From assembly GCA_964016885.1 (NCBI GenBank), contig OZ024742.1, positions 198,214,001-198,278,000 on the forward strand: a DNA stretch of 64,000 bases, read 5' to 3'. Within the stretch, counting starts at the first letter, position 1. Each line of letters begins with the position of its first letter. This DNA is from Eledone cirrhosa (taxonomy: Eukaryota). The translations under genes and the position numbers were made by a program. Below, piece after piece: positions 14,411-32,100 of the stretch. The notes under the pieces are model-generated. The model saw only the letters and a list, made by a program, of their open reading frames with translations, did not search any database and was not told the origin of the DNA.

Positions 14411-16088
14411 AACTTTGAATAACTTTGAAATGTTTTGGCCAGTATTGGCCCAGGCCATGTCTAACTTAATAGCACCACCTGGCGAAGTCTTTCAATTCAG
14501 GATTTGGGCACCATGGCCCATTCGAGAAGAGAATTACTGTTTGCGGAGACATATCCGGGTGTGGGTGGTTTGTCCGGGATTACTTGGAGGAATTTGTCCA
14601 AAGACTTCTTGAATTTTGTGTGGTCAGTTTCTGTTTTGACGTGTCCTGGTGTGATGTTGAAGAGAGCAGGGCCGATTGAGGTGAAATAATTGTGCCGTAT
14701 TGTTGTTATGAGTTGCGATTTAGATTTTTGAATGGGACGGATAGCACGGGGCCCAAGCCTTGGGTGTATCTTGAAGGCGATGCCAACATCATTTGGGCAG
14801 TGATGATGGAACATTTTCCACATCATGCAGATAATATAACGCTCACGGCGACGTTGGAGTGAGTAAAGTTTCAGGTTTTCCAATCGACCCCAGTAGTCAA
14901 GGTCTGACATGCCATCTATCTTTTTCGTGATTGCCCTTTGAGGAGCTTCAAGTTTCATGATACTTTGTTTCGTGTGGGGAGACCACAGTGGACAACAGTA
15001 TTCAAGGTGTGGTCGGGCGAAAGTAGAGAAGAGAAGGATAATGGTGCGGGAATCTCTCGACTGGAAGGTTCTGAGGATCCAGGAACACATTCTGCGGGCC
15101 ATGTCAACTTTGCTGCTTATATGCGTGGTCCAGCTTATGTTGCTGTCCACGGTTACTCCCAAGTCTCTGATGTTGTTTGATGCCACGAGAGTTTCCCCGG
15201 AGGGAAGGGAGTACGGGAATTTCAGAGCATCCTCTTTTCCAAAGTGGATCAGTTCGAATTTGTCTTCGTTCAGTAACATGTTGTTCTTTTCTGCCCATTG
15301 GGTAACAGCCAGTAGGTCTGACTGAAGGCTTATCCGGTCATCCACGCCATTGATGACCTTTTGGAGCTTGGAATCATCAGCGAAAATTTTAATGTTGCTG
15401 TGTTTGATGATGTCAGTGATGTCATTAATATAGATGATGAAGAGAAGTGGGCCCAACACAGTGCCTTGTGGGACTCCACTACTGACTTTGGCTGGGCTTG
15501 ATTTGACTCCCTCAACTACAACATGTTGGGTTCTGTTTGACAGGAAGCTCTTGATCCACTGCAGCAGCTTTCCAGTGACACCAATATTGGACAGCTTTCT
15601 CAGTAGAATGTTATGATCAACCCTGTCAAAGGCCTTGCTGAAATCAAGGTAGATAACATCAGTGTTGGAACCCTCTCCCAAGGCTCTCAAAATGTCATCA
15701 AAGTGATGCAGTAGTTGCGTCAGGCAATCCCTTCCATTACGGAATCCATGCTGGTTGGAGTTCAGCATATTGTTACTCTCAAGGAAGTGGGTCATTCGCG
15801 ATCTCACCACTCGCTCAAATACCTTAATGATATGAGAGGTGAGTGAGATTGGACGGTAATTCACGGCAAGGGATTTGTTTCCCTTTTTGAAAACTGGGAC
15901 AACAGACTGGGATAGAAGGTTTTCTGGCACATATCCAGCATCCAGTGAGTTCCGCCACAGATTGGCAAGAGGAGAAGCAAGTTGGTGTTGACACGCCTTC
16001 AAGACACAAGCAGGGAACCTATCGGGACCTACTGCTGAATTATGCTTGATTTCCTTTATTGCCGCCAAGACATCAGGGGCGCCAAACG

Positions 16089-16090
<2 letters not shown>
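14410..16090 (-). mobile_element. 5'-truncated CR1-group (CR1/Crack/Daphne-like) LINE with an uninterrupted ~530-aa reverse transcriptase ORF
   Basis: [57 protein letters not shown] and [10 protein letters not shown]. Stop at 14497, tail (ttcaaagtta)2, (TA)n on both sides. Confidence 0.95.
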
Positions 16091-16119
<29 letters not shown>

Positions 16120-16130
16120 CATATATATAC

Positions 16131-16161
<31 letters not shown>

Positions 16162-16212
16162 CATATATATACATATATATACATATACATATATATATAT
16201 ATACATATATAC

Positions 16213-16259
<47 letters not shown>

Positions 16260-16368
16260 CATATATATACATATATATATACATATATATATACATATAT
16301 ATACATATATATATACATATATATACATATATATATACATATATATACATATATATATATATATATAC

Positions 16369-16401
<33 letters not shown>

Positions 16402-16798
16402 CATATATATACATATATATACATATATACATATATATACATATATACATATATATACATATATATATATATACATATATATACATATATATATACATAT
16501 ATACATATATATATATATACATATATATACATATATATATATATATATACATACATATATATACATATATACATACATATATATACATATATATACATAT
16601 ACATATATATACATATATATACATATACATATATATACATATATATACATATACATATATATACAAATATATACATATATATACAAATATATACATATAT
16701 ATACATATACATATATATACATATATATACATATACATATATATACATATACATATATATACAAATATATACATATATATATATATACAAATATATAC

Positions 16799-16837
<39 letters not shown>

Positions 16838-17300
16838 CATATATATACATATATACATATATATACATATACATATATATACACATATACATATATATAC
16901 ATATATACATATATATACATATATATATAGATACATATATATACATATATATACATACATATTTATACATATATACATATATATACATACATATATATAC
17001 ATATATATACATATATATATATACATATAGACATATATATATATACATATAGACATATATATATACATATATATATATATACATATATATATACATATAT
17101 ATATACATATATATATATATACATATATATATACATATATATATATATACATATATATATACATATATATATACATATATATATATATACATATATATAT
17201 ACATATATATATATATACATATATATATACATATATATATATATACATATATATATACATATAGACATATATATATACATATATATATACATATATATAC

Positions 17301-17347
<47 letters not shown>

Positions 17348-17348
17348 C

Positions 17349-17395
<47 letters not shown>

Positions 17396-17440
17396 CATAT
17401 ATACATATATACATATATATATATATACATATATATATAC

Positions 17441-17471
<31 letters not shown>

Positions 17472-17772
17472 CATATATACATATATATACACACATATAT
17501 ATATATATATACATATATACATATATATATATATACACATATATATATACACACATATATATATACACATATATATATATACACATATATATATATACAC
17601 ATATATATATATACACAAATATATATACACATATATATATACACATATATATATACACATATATATATACACATATATATATATATACACATATATATAT
17701 ATACACATATATATACATATATATATATATATACATACATATATATATACACATATATATATATACACATAT
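16091..17772. repeat. (TA)n/(TACA)n compound microsatellite
   Basis: Seen directly. Confidence 0.97.
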
Positions 17773-18499
17773 AAATAGCGTAAAAATAAAGGCTTCGTTG
17801 GTTTAAGCTATTTTTATAAAGGATGCCACAGAATGTACGATATATAATGATTACAATATTTTTTAGCAACAACTCTAGTCCCACACTTTTGAAGGTTTAT
17901 TATAACATTCTGTGGCGCTTTTGAGCTTGCGCATTTTTCATGTCTAGTTTAATATTTTTTTAAGGCAACGCTTGTAATAACTCTAGTTAAACAGGATATA
18001 TATTAATAATAAATTATCGTTGTAATGTAATTAGATTATGTAATTGTTATTATAAATTATCTTATAAATATTAGTGTAAGATGTATAAAAATATTTTCAG
18101 ACTTTTAATATAAACAGCTACAAAAAACAATCAATATTAAATCAATATATTATACATAATAGAAAACATAAAATAAACAATACAAAAACAAAATATTTAC
18201 ATACAATTGCAATTATCAGTGTATATACATTTTCTTTATATTCCCTGAGCAAATTAATAAGATTTGTTTTTATTGTACATAATTTGATGACTTGTTGGAG
18301 TGTATTAAAAGATAGCAACAATTTGTGATTAAATTGTTATCTTAAGCAACTCACTTTTTAATAGTTGTTGGCTGAGCGAAATTGTAAAAGCCTATGAGCA
18401 AATATAAAAAAAAATACACAAACAACATTTCCTTGTGTTATTACAACATTAGATAAAATAATTGAGCAATGTCGTTATATTTTGCTCTTATTGCACATT

Positions 18500-18670
18500 A
18501 ATAGTGTTTCTATTTTTCGGCACAAATCCATTACGGCAGTCCATTACTGGTACTTTATTTTATCGAATTAGTAAGTATGAAAGTCGAAGTTAACCTCGGC
18601 AGGATTTGAACTTAGAATGCAAAGGACCATAACAATACTGCAAAGCATGGTGTCTGACGCTCTACCAATA
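18500..18670 (-). mobile_element. Family 1 Nin-like SINE
   Basis: ttactggtactttattttatcga...gttaacctcggcaggatttgaact. Confidence 0.75.
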
Positions 18671-19139
18671 CTTGTGTTGAGCTGGTCATTAATTTATGGT
18701 GGTCGTGCGTGGAGTAGAGCAATCGCTAGTTGAAATATTATGAACAAAACATTTTTATTTGCCGAAGAACATATTTTCAATACTGTTTGTGAATGTGACG
18801 AAGGAAATACATTCTGATATGGAACAGTGTACAAAGTGTGTCTGTGAATAACATAATGTTACCTCATGTTGTTGTCAAGACATAATGGATTTCGTATATC
18901 CAGTTAGAAGATGAAACCTAGCCATCTCGGATTAGTTATATTTCATGCCATGTGTAAACGTGTTTGAGGATAGCAAAATATGCGTGTTTCTTGTCTGGAA
19001 ATTTTCTGCTAAACTGATTGGTTTCGTTTTTGGCACTATACAATACTCATCCAACAGATAGCTGTATTGGATCCTTGATTGGTTAATATTTAGGTGAGGG
19101 TGCTTGATGCAGAGTTAGTGCAAAATGGATCAATGAGTG

Positions 19140-19791
19140 TAATAATAATAATGATAATAATAATGAAAATATTGTGTACAATGCTGAGGTGCACTACAAC
19201 TCATCAAAAGTGCATATATAATACATAGGGTAATATAAAAACGTCAGGAAAAAAGAACAGTGCATGAGTCATGATATACACATATGTGCATGTGTATGGA
19301 AGGGGGACATCAGGTGTAGTTTTGGTGTATTTCGGAATGTATGATGGTTTAAAGGATGCAGTGTGTCATCAGCTAACAACTGATGCAGGAAGTTTGTTCC
19401 ATCCTTCAGCAACTCTGAGCATGAAGAAATATTTCCTAAAGTAATGGGAGCTGTGTTGTTTTCTGACTTTGTAGGCATGTCCACGTGTTAGACACATGGA
19501 GATCAAAAAGGTGTTCGGGGTTGTTGTTGGTCGGATGGTTAATAACTTTGTGGGTGTTTACCAAGTCCATTGCCAGAGGGAAGCAAAATATTCAGGGTAT
19601 GGTAGGTGTCTGATGGAGGGTATGCGCTTGGTTGCATGTCTCTGAACAGTTTCCAGGAGGTCAATGTTCTGAGCAAGATAGGGGTTCCAGACTGATGACG
19701 CGAACTCCAAGTGTATTCGTACCATAGATGTATACAGCTTTAAATAGATGGCTGGAGAGCAGCTAATGAAGGTCTTGCTGATTGATGCCAA
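19140..19791 (-). mobile_element. Decayed CR1-group LINE 3' fragment with (TAT)n tail
   Basis: LYTSMVRIHLEFASSVWNPY...LETVQRHATKRI, frameshifted downstream. Confidence 0.85.
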
Positions 19792-19976
19792 GTCAATCTT
19801 AATAAATTGACTGATTTATCTGTTCACTACTGCTAATCCACCGCTGTTTGTACAATTTTTTAGATAATGTCAATTTGAGCTTGAATCATTGGCGTAATGA
19901 AATTTGAAAAGATTATAAGCAAATCTTTTTTAAAATACACAGACAACATTTAACTGTATCGTTGCAACATTAGATC

Positions 19977-20157
19977 TAATAATTGTTTCTACTTTAGGCA
20001 CAAGGCCAGCAATTACCCAGTGCATTACTGGTACTTTATTTTATCTACCCCGTAAGGATGAAAGGCAAAGTCAACCTCGGCAGGATTTGAACTCAGATCG
20101 TAAAGGGACGTAACTATGCTGGAAAGCATGGCATCCGACCCTCTACCAATACTGCCA
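19977..20157 (-). mobile_element. Family 1 Nin-like SINE, near full length
   Basis: Minus strand has A-box tggcagtattgg, B-box gagttcaaatcc and the Nin-like domain. Confidence 0.85.
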
Positions 20158-20184
20158 AAATAATGGAGCAACATTTGTGCAGAA

Positions 20185-20649
20185 TTATTGTTTGTGCAAT
20201 AAGATATTTGCAGATCTGTACTCGGTCTGCTCTTTAGCCAACTCGGTACGTTTAGAAGCTCTACGCTCGGCTTGCTTTTGAGATATAATAGCTGAATTTG
20301 CAGATCTATACTTGGCCTGCTTGTTTGCCAACTCATACCGTTTTGAACATCTATACTTGGCCTGTTTTTGTGTTAAGTTAGCAAAATTCACAGCTCTATA
20401 ATCGGCCTGTTTTTGTCTCAACTTCTCCCGATTCCGCATCCGGTAAGCTGCTTTCACATCCAATTTAATACGCCCATCTAGATTATTAGCACAGGAATGT
20501 GAACAAGCTTGTGGGACCGCATCATTGTAAGTATATGAACTGCCTGCAACATCAAGACCCAATTCACAAGTGCAGCGTTGCTCATTCACATCGGCAGTGG
20601 GGACACCAAAATCAGTGACAGGTCTCGATTCACTCGCGAGATACATCAC
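20185..20649 (-). pseudogene. ORF fragment with five basic 15-aa repeats (xxxLxQKQAxYRxxx), possibly the N-terminus of a TE (Helitron-like) protein
   Basis: 154-aa ORF with 45-nt periodicity, cut off near a SINE. No catalytic motif visible. Confidence 0.35.
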
Positions 20650-20677
20650 AGCTACACTATATATTTAAACATATATA

Positions 20678-20735
20678 CAGTGATACCTCGCTACTTGGCG
20701 GTTCAACTATCGCGGATTCACGATTTCGCGCAGTT
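20678..20735 (+). mobile_element. Solo pogo/Tigger-like terminal inverted repeat end
   Basis: ta|cagtgatacctcgctacttggcggttcaactatcgcggattcac. Partner end not found. Confidence 0.5.
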
Positions 20736-20929
20736 TTAGAATATATATATGAACACCTAAAATTTTTCATTAAATCCATTAAAATATTAATAATAAACAC
20801 AGTTCTAATCATACGCTATATATATATATATATATAAATATAAGTAATTAATACCGTATAAATGGTACAAAGACTGTTTATGTAAAATGTATTTCTCAAC
20901 AGAGTATTGAATACTTAGGAGAAATTCAA

Positions 20930-21109
20930 AACGAAGAGTGATAAAATTTCAAGCAAAGAGTTTAATTAGGTAATGACTTACAAATTTGTTTCAGTATATA
21001 GACAAAGCCTGAAGCGCTAATTATAATAATATTATATTAAAGATATACTGAAACAAATTTGTAAGTCATTACCTAATTAAACTCTTTGCTTGAAATGTTA
21101 TCATTCTTC

Positions 21110-21112
<3 letters not shown>
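20930..21112. repeat. Fold-back: 70-bp arms, 43-bp loop
   Basis: 20930-20999 vs 21043-21112, about 2 mismatches. Confidence 0.9.
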
Positions 21113-21154
<42 letters not shown>

Positions 21155-21971
21155 TCTAGTCCTTCGCTCAAGATTAATCTATAAGTTTAGATGTCTGCCT
21201 TCGTTTAAGTAAATATTACAGTAAGATTTTTAATATAAACAACTACAAAAAACAATTAATATTAAAACGAAAAAATTATCAATGATAAAAGAAGCGGATG
21301 CAACTTTTTTTTTTATAAAGTTATATTCCTGTTTCTTTAAAGAACATTTCATTTTTGTTATATTGTAGGCGAAATAATGCAATGGTTTAATAGGGAAGAT
21401 ATAACTTACCAATTATGTCTATAACCGTGTAACGCTTTTTAAGTAGATAACTACAATTGAAAATACTAAAGAAATGGAACCAACAATTCAATTTGAAAGT
21501 CGTCTACTTATAGTGACAGTGTATTACTGGTACTTTATTTTATCGACCCCGTAACGATGAAATGCAAATGCTTAAAATTTAAATTGCCTTAATTCTATCG
21601 TCTGCTGTTTCATTAAAGGGAGATTCTCGTCTGTATTTAATTCTATCGTCTACTGTTCCACTAAACAGATATACCTCCACTATCGTCTCTATTTATACAT
21701 TTTAACTTATAACTTATACACATTTGATTTGAAATATTTTATCTAGTCCCCCCTCTCAATATTATGATGATTTCTTTCGAATGAAACAGTTCTAGTCCTG
21801 TAGAAGCCATTTATATATATAATTGAACTGAGTTAAAAATTCACAATATTTATAATTAAATAAGCTCATATATATATGTGTGTATTTATCTGTTTATTGT
21901 ATTATATATAATGTGTGTATATACAGGATGTCCCCCAAAAATATATACACACTTCAACAGCATTCTAATAA

Positions 21972-22476
21972 CTATTGCCTGTACAGGTAATCAAAGTGTC
22001 AATCGAATGTTAGTTTCGTGTTTTAACAGTACAAATTTATAATACACACATAAAACCAGTGTATATACATACATGAGTGTGTATACACATACATGAATGT
22101 GTATATACAATATATATGTATATATATATAGACACATATATTCACGGTGCAACGGAACATTAAAATATAGATGCGGGAGGGGGGTGTATATATAGGGGCG
22201 CTGGGGATAAAGGAGTGTAAAGCGTGTGAAACTGATATATTGAAGGAGAGGAGCGTGCAGCGATAGAGTAACAAATATATAGAGAGGGGGAGAGATGGTA
22301 TTGAAGGGGAGGAGTGCAAAGCGAAAGAGTAAGAGAGATATATATATAGAGACGGAACAGATAGAGAGAAACAGGCGTAAGTAACAGTGGAAGAGATATA
22401 TAGAGAGTGGGAAATGTGTTATTGAAGGGGAGGAGTGTAAAGCGAAAGCGTAAGATATATATAGAGAGGGGGAATA

Positions 22477-22510
<34 letters not shown>

Positions 22511-22661
22511 ACACTTACTCTGATTGGTTGAAAATTAGCCAATGACATACGATCACCACCACCACGGCTATCCCCGAAAAATTTATGAAGATGTTAGGCA
22601 TATATGTTAGAACACGAAAAGTGAACATTCTGTTGTTTCACACTTTTCGTGTTCTAACAGA
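21972..22661 (-). mobile_element. Probable non-autonomous Helitron-like element
   Basis: A|TC 5' end with a 19-bp-stem hairpin (22605-22659). The 3' end has a ttacctgtacaggcaa palindrome followed by ATAG|T. No TSD seen. Second copy at 63240-64000. Confidence 0.55.
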
Positions 22662-23345
<684 letters not shown>

Positions 23346-23452
23346 TGGATGTAAATATAATGTATTTTGCAATACACTTTATGCTTAATTAAAAGCATTT
23401 TGAAGACCGTAAGCTATTGTTTTAAAGTAGTGACAAATTCACTCACTTCGAT

Positions 23453-23540
23453 CTCAGCAAACAGGAGGAGATAAGCCGACATGACATGTTTCGCTTTTGT
23501 TGAAGCTTATCAAGGCCAACTACCCCGCCCGTCTGCTGAG
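23453..23540 (-). ncRNA. Type I hammerhead ribozyme, U3:A8 core variant (array copy 1)
   Basis: ctcagcagacgggcggggtagttggcc-TTGATAA-gctt(caacaa)aagc-GAAA-cat(gtc)atg-TC-ggcttatctcctcctgtttgctgag. Confidence 0.78.
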
Positions 23541-23768
23541 ATTAATGATGTTATATTCTTATAGAAATCTAGTAAATAATCAGGAGCTGATTATGCAGAG
23601 CGGTTGTTGGTCAGGCAGAAATTAAAATTAGAATTGTAGCTCTGAAATAGCAATATATATATGGATGTAAATATAATGTATTTTGCAATACACTTTATGC
23701 TTAATTAAAAGCATTTTGAAGACCGTAAGCTATTGTTTTAAAGTAGTGACAAATTCACTCACTTCGAT

Positions 23769-23856
23769 CTCAGCAAACAGGAGGAGATAAGCCGACATGA
23801 CATGTTTCGCTTTTGTTGAAGCTTATCAAGGCCAACTACCCCGCCCGTCTGCTGAG
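23769..23856 (-). ncRNA. Type I hammerhead ribozyme, U3:A8 variant (array copy 2)
   Basis: Same sequence as copy 1. Confidence 0.78.
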
Positions 23857-24085
23857 ATTAATGATGTTATATTCTTATAGAAATCTAGTAAATAATCAGG
23901 AGCTGATTATGCAGAGCGGTTGTTGGTCAGGCAGAAATTAAAAATTAGAATTGTAGCTCTGAAATAGCAATATATATATGGATGTAAATATAATGTATTT
24001 TGCAATACACTTTATGCTTAATTAAAAGCATTTTGAAGACCGTAAGCTATTGTTTTAAAGTAGTGACAAATTCACTCACTTCGAT

Positions 24086-24173
24086 CTCAGCAAACAGGAG
24101 GAGATAAGCCGACATGACATGTTTCGCTTTTGTTGAAGCTTATCAAGGCCAACTACCCCGCCCGTCTGCTGAG
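24086..24173 (-). ncRNA. Type I hammerhead ribozyme, U3:A8 variant (array copy 3)
   Basis: Same sequence as copy 1. Confidence 0.78.
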
Positions 24174-24402
24174 ATTAATGATGTTATATTCTTATAGAAA
24201 TCTAGTAAATAATCAGGAGCTGATTATGCAGAGCGGTTGTTGGTCAGGCAGAAATTAAAAATTAGAATTGTAGCTCTGAAATAGCAATATATATATGGAT
24301 GTAAATATAATGTATTTTGCAATACACTTTATGCTTAATTAAAAGCATTTTGAAGACCGTAAGCTATTGTTTTAAAGTAGTGACAAATTCACTCACTTCG
24401 AT

Positions 24403-24490
24403 CTCAGCAAACAGGAGGAGATAAGCCGACATGACATGTTTCGCTTTTGTTGAAGCTTATCAAGGCCAACTACCCCGCCCGTCTGCTGAG
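24403..24490 (-). ncRNA. Type I hammerhead ribozyme, U3:A8 variant (array copy 4)
   Basis: Same sequence as copy 1. Overlaps a terminal fold-back at 24478-24529. Confidence 0.78.
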
Positions 24491-24615
24491 ATTAATGATG
24501 TTATAACATCGTTAATCTCAGCAGACGGGTTTACTGCTAGCGTAAACCTCTTCAAATGAAGTTGATGTTCATTACGGTATGTCGAATATATTTATCTATA
24601 AAACTGTTTATATTG

Positions 24616-24681
24616 TATTTTGTCTGATGAAGGCATAGCATATTGTTAATATGATATCCCCGAAATATATATAATGAAATA
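24616..24681 (+). ncRNA. Type I hammerhead ribozyme
   Basis: tattttgt-CTGATGA-a-ggcatagcatatt(gtt)aatatgatatcccc-GAAA-tatata-TA-atgaaata. Confidence 0.7.
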
Positions 24682-24724
24682 GATATGGTTTTATAAATAT
24701 AGTTTTCCATTTATTTAATATTGT

Positions 24725-26691
<1,967 letters not shown>

Positions 26692-27180
26692 TAAATCTCG
26701 TTTAAATCTCGATTGTATAGGCATTCTTACTCAATAAAACACCAGAGCCAAAGAAATGTAACAACTTTAGCAGAGAAAGCTTGGACGCTCAGGGATAGCA
26801 ATCAAAAGTTTACCCTAAAATGGGAAAAATTAGCTAAAACCCAAAGCTTTTCCAGGAGCCAAAATTTCTGCAAATTGTGTAATCTTGAGATTTATTACAT
26901 AATCACACACAAGAAGAAACTGCTGAATAACAGAATTGAACGAACATTATTCTGCCGTCACAGAACTAAAACCCTTTTTTCCCACTACAAGCCGAATATT
27001 ACATAAAAGAGGGACATCCCCCAACTATATAAACCTTAATCTAGTTAGAAAAATATAAAAACAATCTCTTTTCAACATATATTAATAACCTTAAATTACC
27101 ATACTAATAATGAAAAGATATGCTGATGAGAATAGGTACAAATATGCGATAATGAATGTGTCTAAAAACGTCCATAAGTA
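26692..27180 (+). mobile_element. Naiad-like Penelope element 3' fragment (GIY-YIG C-terminus) with a downstream degenerate hammerhead
   Basis: SFKSRLYRH...TTLAEKAWTL...KWEKL...CKLCNLE...LLNNRIE...CRH. At 27119-27176: tatg-CTGATGA...aaaacg-TC-cata (G12 lost). Confidence 0.75.
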
Positions 27181-27275
27181 TGTATATATATGTGAAAATG
27201 TATATAAATAAGTAAATATATATATATGTCTGATGTGTATAGTTAGATGTAAGTGTATTCATGTATTAAAGTGCT

Positions 27276-27324
<49 letters not shown>

Positions 27325-27325
27325 G

Positions 27326-27372
<47 letters not shown>

Positions 27373-27962
27373 GTATATGTATATGTGTATATATATATGT
27401 GTATGTATGTATGTGTATATGGATGTGTATGTATGTGTATGTGTGTACACATGGACTAGAGTATGTATGTATATATGTGTGTGTCTATACGTGTGTATAT
27501 ATAAAGATAAGTTGAGTATGAAAATGTATACACATGAGCGCGTATGTATGTACATGAATACATGTGTGTATATATATGTGTATGCATGTGTATATATATG
27601 TAAGTATGAATATGTGAATTGTGAGTATATGTATTTTGTAGAGGTGTGCAAATATATTTGTGTGTGAATGCGTGGGTGAAAGAATACGTACACTTGAAAG
27701 AAAAATTTAAGTCTGAATGTTAAGTGCAAACACAAAACCAACCACGCATATCTTTACTATCTCTAATCCTTCTATAGATTTAGAAAAATAACCAATAATA
27801 TATTCTATAAAAAATGTCAAAACAACAGATGGGAATCTAATTAATCACTGCCACCAAGAATTCTCACTGCTATCGAAAAACCACTCCTTCAACTATTCTT
27901 CTAACAACTTCACCCCTTCCTCCTAATATTCTCTATAAAAACTAAATAGGTCCTCAGTAATA

Positions 27963-28079
27963 TTATTCTGATGAAATGACAGTAAACAATAACATTGAAA
28001 TATTGAATGTCTGCATAACTAAAAGTTTGTAGATAGCTGTTTTAGGTTATGTAACTGTTATAGAAACACGTGTCAATAA
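27963..28079 (+). ncRNA. Type I hammerhead with a long branched stem II
   Basis: ttatt-CTGATGA-a-atgacagt...actgttat-a-GAAA-cacgtg-TC-aataa: palindromic ACACGTGT stem III, GUC site. Confidence 0.7.
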
Positions 28080-28116
28080 ATTCCTTTCAACTAAACTGTA
28101 TCCATTCAAATCTTTC

Positions 28117-30476
<2,360 letters not shown>

Positions 30477-30620
30477 CCCCTTGATAAGGAGACAATTATT
30501 TATAAAATCCTAAGAAAAACAACTGCTAAAGAAGAAATAGAAATCACCAGCTAAATTGCATAATGGACGATGGTCTTACAGATCTAATCTATATTGTATT
30601 GATTCAGGGACAAAGTATGA

Positions 30621-31485
30621 ATAATAATAATAATAATGATTTCTTTATTAACCACAAGGGTTTACACAAAGTAAGACATTAAGGACAGTACAGGATAATA
30701 CAGGACGGTACAAATGGGCATTTCTGTGTGTAAAAAAAACAAAAACAGAGAATGTAACAAAAAAGGAACAATGAAAAATTCCCCAATAGGGGGAGGGGGA
30801 CTCCCGAGGGCCATCGTGGAGAAGCCACGGTGACCCTGACCACCAGGGCAAGTGCCCTCTCCCAGTTTTCCACCTTCTATTTACAGGCACATACTCAGAG
30901 AATATCCATTCACTCGGGACATTCTTGCCTCTCTCACCCATCTTTCAACAAAATGCTGGGAAGAGAGCACTTCCCTCTCTACCCTGATTTTACTTTTCAA
31001 ATGAAATTTGAAAAAGTTAATCAGGGCATCACCGAAGAGGTAAGTGCTCGTCTTCAGCCCTTTCAGACGCGTCCACCATACTATCTTTTTCGCCATGGCC
31101 ACCAGACAGATAAAACTGCCTGCCCTTCCCAGCTAAAGGAAGAGGGCAGGACAATCCTCACGATGGGCTCAGCTGATAGCTAGATCTGTTCTACACACGA
31201 CAGCAGGTGTTCGACATAAACCCACAAGTCAGAAATGCTCGGACACTGGACGAGTGCGTGCAGGACGGTTTTGTCACCCTGCGCGCATCTCGGACATGCT
31301 CGGCTGACATCACTTCCATGCCTGTAGAGTTTATCCTGAACTGGCAAAGCTCCTCGGTAGCACTGGCAGGCCAGGGATTTCTGGAAGTTGTCCATAGGCC
31401 CCGGCCAGAAAGTTCTTCCAAAGAGATTGGCTAGTTGATTTTCGTCGACGCCTAGAGTTTCCCCAAGTACGTCGTCGCTCTTCCC
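30621..31485 (-). mobile_element. L1/Tx1-like LINE 3' fragment with zf-RVT region and (TAT)n tail
   Basis: GALPVQDKLYRHG...CPRCAQGDKTVLHALVQCP...LW, then AKKIVWWTR, with internal stops. Confidence 0.8.
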
Positions 31486-31486
31486 C

Positions 31487-31873
31487 AATAATAATTGTTT
31501 CTACTTTAGGCACAAGGCCAGCAATTACCCAGTACATTACTGGTACTTTATTTTATTGACCCCGTAAGGATGAAAGGCAAAGTTAACCTCGGCGGGATTT
31601 GAACTCAGACTGTAAAGGGACGTAACTGTGCTAGAAAGCATGGCGTCCAACCCTCTACCGATACTGCCAATTCACCGCCCTAATAAATATAATGTTTCTA
31701 CTTTAGGCACAAGGCCAGCAATTACCCCAGTGCATTACTGGTGCATTATTTTATTGACCCCATAAGGATGAAAGGCAAAGTTAACCTCGATGGATTTGAA
31801 CTCAGAACGTAAAGGGCCATAACCCAATGCTGCAAAGCATGTCAGACGCTCTATCAATATTGCCAAACCACCA
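31487..31873 (-). mobile_element. Two tandem family 1 Nin-like SINEs (31487-31680, 31689-31873)
   Basis: Both carry A/B-box heads and the Nin-like domain. Confidence 0.85.
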
Positions 31874-32100
31874 TAATAATAATAACAATGATGATGATGA
31901 TGATGATGAGGATAGTGTTTGCATTATTCACCACAGAGATAACAAACAGAAATACAGAATGTTTGCTTTCACAAGAGATAAAACATTCAAAGGTAAACAT
32001 TCATAAATCTATGTACAGAGATGACAAAATACAAATGTATTCAATATATAGTTATGCATCTTTCTCTCCTCTGCCTGTCTGTCTGTGTATATTATATCTA

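Larger units (their letters stand above)
23346..24505 (-). repeat. Tandem array of 316-317 bp units (about 3.7 copies), each with a hammerhead; retrozyme-like or Penelope pLTR-like
   Basis: Unit starts at 23346, 23662, 23979 and 24296. Copies look identical apart from a 1-nt indel in an A-run. Confidence 0.92.

Noticed and set aside
16091-16956. N-terminal ~290 aa of the 819-aa ORF 14497-16956
   Set aside because: Microsatellite read-through. The LINE-derived part begins near 16090.
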